A stretch of DNA of 64,000 nt. It comes from the human T2T-CHM13v2.0 reference genome, Homo sapiens. Shown one piece after another: positions 58,301-64,000 of the stretch. Within the stretch, counting starts at the first letter, position 1. Every line of letters begins with the position of its first letter. The stretch lies in the NCBI RefSeq assembly GCF_009914755.1, contig NC_060930.1. One strand, 5' to 3'. The notes beneath the pieces were generated by a model. That model made no database searches and was not told where the DNA came from. It saw only the letters and a program-made list of their open reading frames with translations. Made by a program: the position numbers and the translations under genes.

Positions 58301-60632
58301 GAACTTTTGAATTGTATCTCTTTGAGGATCTCCAAGCCTCCTATGTCTCAATGTCTGAATCTCTTGTTAGATTGGAGAAATTTTCAACTATTATTTCATT
58401 AAATAGGTTTTTTTAACCATTTCATTTTCCCTTTGCCTTCTGAAACACAAAAGTTTAAATATACGTCTGCTTATGGTGTTTCATATGTTACATAGCTTTT
58501 GCTCACTTTTAAAATTCTCCTGTCTTTATTTTCCTCAAACTAGATGATTTCAAGAGACCTCTCATCAAGTTCTGAAATGCTTTCTTCTGCTTGATCTGGT
58601 CTATTATTGAAGCTTTTTGAGTTTGTTTTGTATTTCATTCAATGAATTTTTCAGTTCTGGAATTTCTGTTTCATTGTTATAATACATATCTTCTTTGGCA
58701 AATTTCTCATTCATATCCTAAATGTTTTTCTAATTGCTTTGTATTATTTTCCTGTATTATCTTGAATTTCACTGAGCTTTTAAAAATCAACATTTTAATT
58801 TTTTTCCGTGATTTTGTAAATTTCTTTTTGATTGGAGTCTATTGCTGAATAATTACTGTGTTCCTTTAGGGATGTCATATTTCCTTGCTTTTTCATGTTT
58901 CTTGTGTCCTTACATTGATATCTAAGCATCAGGTATAATAGTCATTTCTTCCCATTTTTTATATTTACTTCCGTAGGGGAGGACTTTTTCCTGAACACAC
59001 AATGTTGATAGTGTAGGATACTTTGGCTTTGATTCTGGGTGTGTGCAGTAGTGTGATCTCCATATGATTTCCTCAGCTATAAACAGGGTCAGTGGTGTCT
59101 GTCATTTCCTCAGTGGCTTATTATGGCACAGCTGTTAGTGAAGGCTTTGGTGAAGTTTCCTGGGGACCAGGATGCCAGTGGGCCAGTATTTGGGCCCCAG
59201 TAGTGGCAGTGATGGTAGGCTATGCATGTTTCTCTTTGAACCCCAGAGTGGTGTATTATGCTGGCATTGGTGTTAGCATGTCAAGGCAGGCCAATTCTAG
59301 AACCTCAAAGTGGGTTGGTCAGGTGCTTGGAATGGGAGCAGTGGGCCAGGTGGTTGGGTGGGTCCTCAGGCCCCTGGGCAACAGGCATGGTGTGGGTGAT
59401 GGCAATAGCAGTGGAGGGAGAACCTCTGGGTCCCCAGTTGTCCATTTTGGTGTTGACAGTGGTTGCAGTGGGCTGGATGGGCCATTCCCCAGGCCTGTAG
59501 GTGGTGTGTGGGTCTGGGTGTCAGCTGTGGTATTAGTAGCAGGTTGGGTGAGCTTGGCCTTAGGGACTCAAGACAAATGCTCAGGTGCCAATGGTGACAA
59601 TCTGGGCTAAACAACCTCAGGCCCCAGATGATAGGCTTGTGTCCTGGTGGGAGTAGAGCTGGGCTGGGTGAACCTGTCCTCAAACATCCTGATGGTGCAC
59701 TCAGGTACTGGCTGTGGTAGGCAGGTGTGGGGTGATTCCTAAGCTGCTGGCAGAATGCTCAGGTAGGGGCAGCAGAGTCTATACTGGGGCCCTGTTTCTG
59801 GGGAGAGAGGGGTTGCTTTCAGCTTATGGCTGGGAGCAGCCATAAGCAGACAGCTAAAGGACATCTGCTCCACTTGCATCTTAACCTTAAGAAACAGCCC
59901 ACAACAACAGCAACTTTGGGCAACTGAGTCTGTCCTTGGGGTGTGTTAAAATCTGCAAGTGGCCCTCTGCTGGAGGGGTGGGGTCACCCATGCTTTGGTC
60001 CCAGTGATGGCAGCAGCTCTCAGAGACTGTGGCTCAGGCAGGGTAGCCTTTCAGCATGACTGTCTGTCTGCTGGGTGGGGCAGGGCCACTGCCAGTGGCT
60101 CATGCTTTGGCCCTGGTGGCAGCTGCAGGTAGGAAATGTCTATAGCGTTTGGGGGATGTGGTGATGCACAGCCAGTGGAGCCCCAGGGCAGGATGCCATC
60201 TGGTGGGGTTTGGGCTCTCAAAATGGTACCTTGCTGTGGCTGCTTAGGGCTTGTGGGTATATGGGGCCATGCTGCCACAGTCTCCAGGCAGCTCCCTGTG
60301 TCAGTCTTGGGGCCCATGAAGATCAAGGGGCTCTCTGGTGGCTAAGATTGCAAAAGTCCACGGTGGGAATGTGGACTACTGTGGGTCTCTCACTTACCCT
60401 TTCCCTGTACTGGGGAGTCTCTCCAGGTTCCCTGCTGATTTCAGCCAAGCGGGGTGCCTCTGTTTCCTCTCCCTCCTTTTTGTAGGTGCTTCGTGTCACT
60501 TATCTATTGAATTCTAGTGCTCTTTCTTAGATTATCTATTTGAAGTGTGGTTATATGCTCACTGTTTTGGTGCTTCTTTGTGGAGGAGGTGGGTGGGTAC
60601 CAGATGCATCTACTCTGCCAACTTGAAGCCCC
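55390..60632 (-). mobile_element. L1MA-type element with 5'UTR, ORF1 and 3' end; large ORF2 deletion near 57356
   Basis: Antisense 3'UTR, ORF2 3' part, abrupt jump to ORF2 endonuclease text, ORF1 (KGPSIRLTADFSAETLWARR), and a GC-rich 5'UTR starting ggggcttcaagttggc on the minus strand. Confidence 0.85.
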
Positions 60633-60649
60633 TCTTTATCATCAATTTA

Positions 60650-62560
60650 AATGTAAAACTGTACATTTTTTAGAAGAAAACAAGATAAAATACTTAGAAC
60701 AAAAGTCTTAAGACTTCATAGACATGACACCAAAGGCATGATCCATATTTTTAAAAAATTCAATAAATTGGAATTTATCAAAACTAAAAACTTTTGTTCT
60801 GTGAAAGATCCCTTTAAGAGGATGAAAGGACAAGCACAGATGAGAAGAATATATCTGCAATCTACATGTATAATAAAAGACTCATATCTGGAATGCATAA
60901 AGTCTCTCAAAACTCAATAGTCATTTTATGGTTTCAGATCTTACATTTAATACTTTAATTCATTTTGAGTTAATTTTTATATACGGTGTAAGGCAAGGAT
61001 CTAATTTCATTATTTTGCATGTGGATATCCAGTTTTTCCATCAACATTTTTTAAAGAGACTTTCATTTTTGATATGACACCAAAAGCATAGGCAACAAAA
61101 GCAGAAGTAGACAAATGGAATTACATCAAACCAAAGATCATCTGCACAGCAAAGAAAACAACTAACAAAATGGAAAGGCAAGCTATGGAATGGGAAAAGA
61201 ATCTTTGCAAACCATAGATCTTATAACGGGTTTATACACAAAATAAAGAAGGAACTCATATTACTCAATAACAAAAATATCAATAATCTGATTTATAAAA
61301 TGGGCAAAGCACTTGAGTAGATTTTTCCAAAGAAGACATACAAATAACAGGTATGTAAAAATGTGCTCAACATTGTTAATCATCAGAGAAATGCAAATTA
61401 AAATCACAATGAGCTATCACCTCACACCTGTTAGGAAGGCTATCAAAAAAGGTCAGCGATAAAGAGTAGTCAGAGTATGGAGAAAAGGGAACCTTTGTAC
61501 GCTATTGGTGGAAATGTAATTTGGTACAGCCAATTATGGAAAACAGTATGGAAGTTCCTCAAAAAATTAAAATTGGGACTATCATGTGATCGAGCAATCC
61601 CACCTCTAGACATATACAAAGGAAATAAAATCAATATCTTGAAGAGATCTCTGCATCCCATGTTCATTGTAGCATTATTCACAATAGCCAAGATATGGAA
61701 ACAACCTAATTGTTTATACATGGATGAACACATAATTGTGGTACATACATACAATAGAATATTATTTAGCCCTAAGAAGATAGAAATCCTGCCACATCAT
61801 GGATGAACCTAGATAATGTTATGCTAAGTGAAATAAGCCAGACACAGAAATGCTATATGATCTTACTTACATGTGGAATCTTTAAAGTAGAACTCACAGA
61901 AGCAGAGAGAAGAATGGCAATTGCCTGGTACTAGGAAATGGAGGAAGTAGAGCAATGTTGGTCAAAGGGTACAAACTTTTAGTTACAAGGTGAACAGGTT
62001 CTGAGGATCTAATATCAGCATAGGTGTTGACAGATGTGTTAATTAATTTGATTGTGGTAATCATTACAATATATGTACATCAAAGGATCACGTTGTACAT
62101 CTTGAATATGGTCAAATCTTTATTTGACAAATATGTTAAAATAAGAACAAAACTCAACAGCTAAAAAAACACAATCTAATAAGAAAAGAGGAAAATCACA
62201 CGAAAAGACATTTCAACAAAGAGGAATATAGATAATAAATAAGCACAAAATATTCAACCTCACCAGGCATCAAGAAAGTCCAAATTACAACTGTGATGAG
62301 ATATCAACACACACCTATTTGAATAGCTAAAATAAATAATGATAATAACAAATGCCTACAATAATGCAGAGAAACTGAATCCTTGATACATCAATGGTAA
62401 GAATACACATGGTACAGTCACTGTGGAAAATAGTCTGGCAATTTCCTACAAAACTAAAATGTGCTTACCATAGGACTCAGCAAACAGCCTTCTGTGAATT
62501 TGTCTCTAAAAATGAAAAAATATGTTCACAAAGCAATCTGTATATGAATGTTAAACTGGC
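60650..62560 (+). mobile_element. L1MC/MB-type ORF2-3' fragment hosting the inverted L1 insertion
   Basis: Host text is contiguous across 60920/62161 (aaaactcaa(t/c)ag ... aaaacacaatctaat). Confidence 0.78.
60921..62147 (+). mobile_element. L1MA9/10-type insertion with 5' inversion (twin priming)
   Basis: Antisense L1 segment 60921-~61064, sense segment ~61065-62147, TSD caaaactcaa(t/c)ag at 60908-60920 and 62148-62160. Confidence 0.85.
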
Positions 62561-64000
62561 TTGTATCTGGGAGAATCAGTTGGCTCCCAGATAATTTAGG
62601 ATTATAATGCTGTGGGTTCTAGTTAACCCACATTGGGAGTGATTCACCACTCCAAGTGTGGGTTCCAGCTTAACTTGATATTGCATGATTCTGATGGAAC
62701 TCTAATGGAACTCTTCCATTTTACTGAGGTTGATCAAAATCATAGGCAGAATTCACACAGATTAAAATGGAAGATTCCATTCATGAGAATCACAAGAAAA
62801 ATTTGACTTTAACATGAGTGGTAGTTACAAACTTTTTAAATAAAAGGAGCATCAGACGTAAAAATATTCGGAGTGACAATATGGAGCTGTTCTTAAGGAA
62901 CAGTATGCCAAATCTATTGGTATATTATTTTTCAAAATGACTCTTAATGGCTGCTACCAGTCAATAATTTTTAGTATGAAAATCTGAAGTTTTGTGTGGA
63001 GGTAACATTGTCTGAGTAGTTTCCTTATTCTCACTGAAATGGTCAGAAACATAACAAAGCGTGGGAAGGAACAGAAGATTTAGCAAGGCTGCAGAATATG
63101 CCGTTTATTCCATGTTCAAAGCAGTAGAAAAGAAACCAAGAAGATGCCTTTATTCTTACGTGAGAATTCTATTGTTCAACATGTTCTAATTATGAAATCT
63201 GAACTCAAAAGGATGAAAGAGAAGCTCAATCCACAGTATAAAGTGTATCTTTTCTGGAAACAGTTGTTAACGACTTAAATGGCAGGTTTATGCACCCTCG
63301 ACTGACCCAATAGTTAAAGTAATAAACTGTAATACTCAAAACAGTCTGCAAAGCTGCATTTCTTGATTCGTTTGTGTTCCAGACAAATTAGAAGGCTGTA
63401 TGGCAGAGGGAGAAAACACTGCTAATCTTTTATGACCTATTAGGCGGTTTCACTGAAATGGAATTGTAAAAACAAATTTCTCAGGTACAAAAAATATATA
63501 TGTTGTGCCATTTTCCTCAATTCAAAACGAATTCATTTATTCTTTAATCACAGAAAAAGAAAAGGCTCTGCAAATTGTGCAAAAGAAAATGTAGGGAATT
63601 TCCACAAAAGAGAATTTTAAAATAAAATGAAAAAAAGACTTCATTAATACTTTTATTCTTTTGATGCACACAAGGGAGTTAATGGAAACTGTGGCCACAG
63701 CAATCCAGAATTAATGTCTTATATTTGGAAAATCAACATGTTTGGGAACATGAAAAGAGGTAAGCTATGTGGAATGAAATAATCTTGGGTCATTATGTAT
63801 CTACAATATTTGCCTCACTCAGGCGTACTCAGACATATGTTAAAGACATAACTGTCTCTACTTCCATTTGAGATTATTTTTCTCAGTAAATGAAACTCCA
63901 ACCACAAAAGCAGTTGACTATTTGAAATTACAAAAAAGCTGTCAGAAGGCTTGTGTGGGAGATACATTCGCCATAAGCACCAGTGCTAGGAATCTGAGAA

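Noticed and set aside
59092-59610. 172-aa Gly/Val-rich ORF antisense to the L1 5'UTR (ORF0-like idea)
   Set aside because: GC/GT-rich old L1 UTR is naturally poor in stop codons, the start is non-ATG, and ORF0 is described for much younger L1PA 5'UTRs.

Overview
Primate genomic DNA, almost certainly human given a near-consensus AluYa5 with a pure A56 tail. The window is AT-rich, non-coding (intergenic or deep intronic) and dominated by interspersed repeats: 15 Alu copies or fragments (J, S, Y, Ya5), nested old L1 fragments that fill most of 46.5-62.6 kb, ten solo LTRs (MLT1, two MER34/39-like, MER50, LTR8, MER41A, MER41B, THE1, MST, LTR16), MIR/L2 relics, DNA-transposon fossils and micro/minisatellites. 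I can support no protein-coding gene, structural RNA gene or CRISPR array. The longer ORFs in the track come from repeats, and none resembles a protein I recognise. I find no convincing new biological system. The most unusual region is 23.9-26.2 kb, all inside one old L1MA. It holds a MER41A solo LTR extended past its U5 end through a PBS-like site to a second att-like end, a perfect CpG-intact 26-bp VNTR bracketed by an inverted copy of its own flank, a 44-bp insertion apparently copied from the neighbouring MER41B, and that inverted MER41B. Other leads are a young, possibly polymorphic AluYa5, an Alu-tail (AAAGG)n array, a G4/GC-box/CCAAT/AP-1/TATA-like module near 43 kb, an ETS/E-box cluster near 22.5 kb, an ancient twin-primed L1 and an internally deleted L1MA that keeps its 5' end. 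Subfamily names come from recalled consensus sequences and need RepeatMasker/Dfam confirmation. Boundaries of old elements are approximate.
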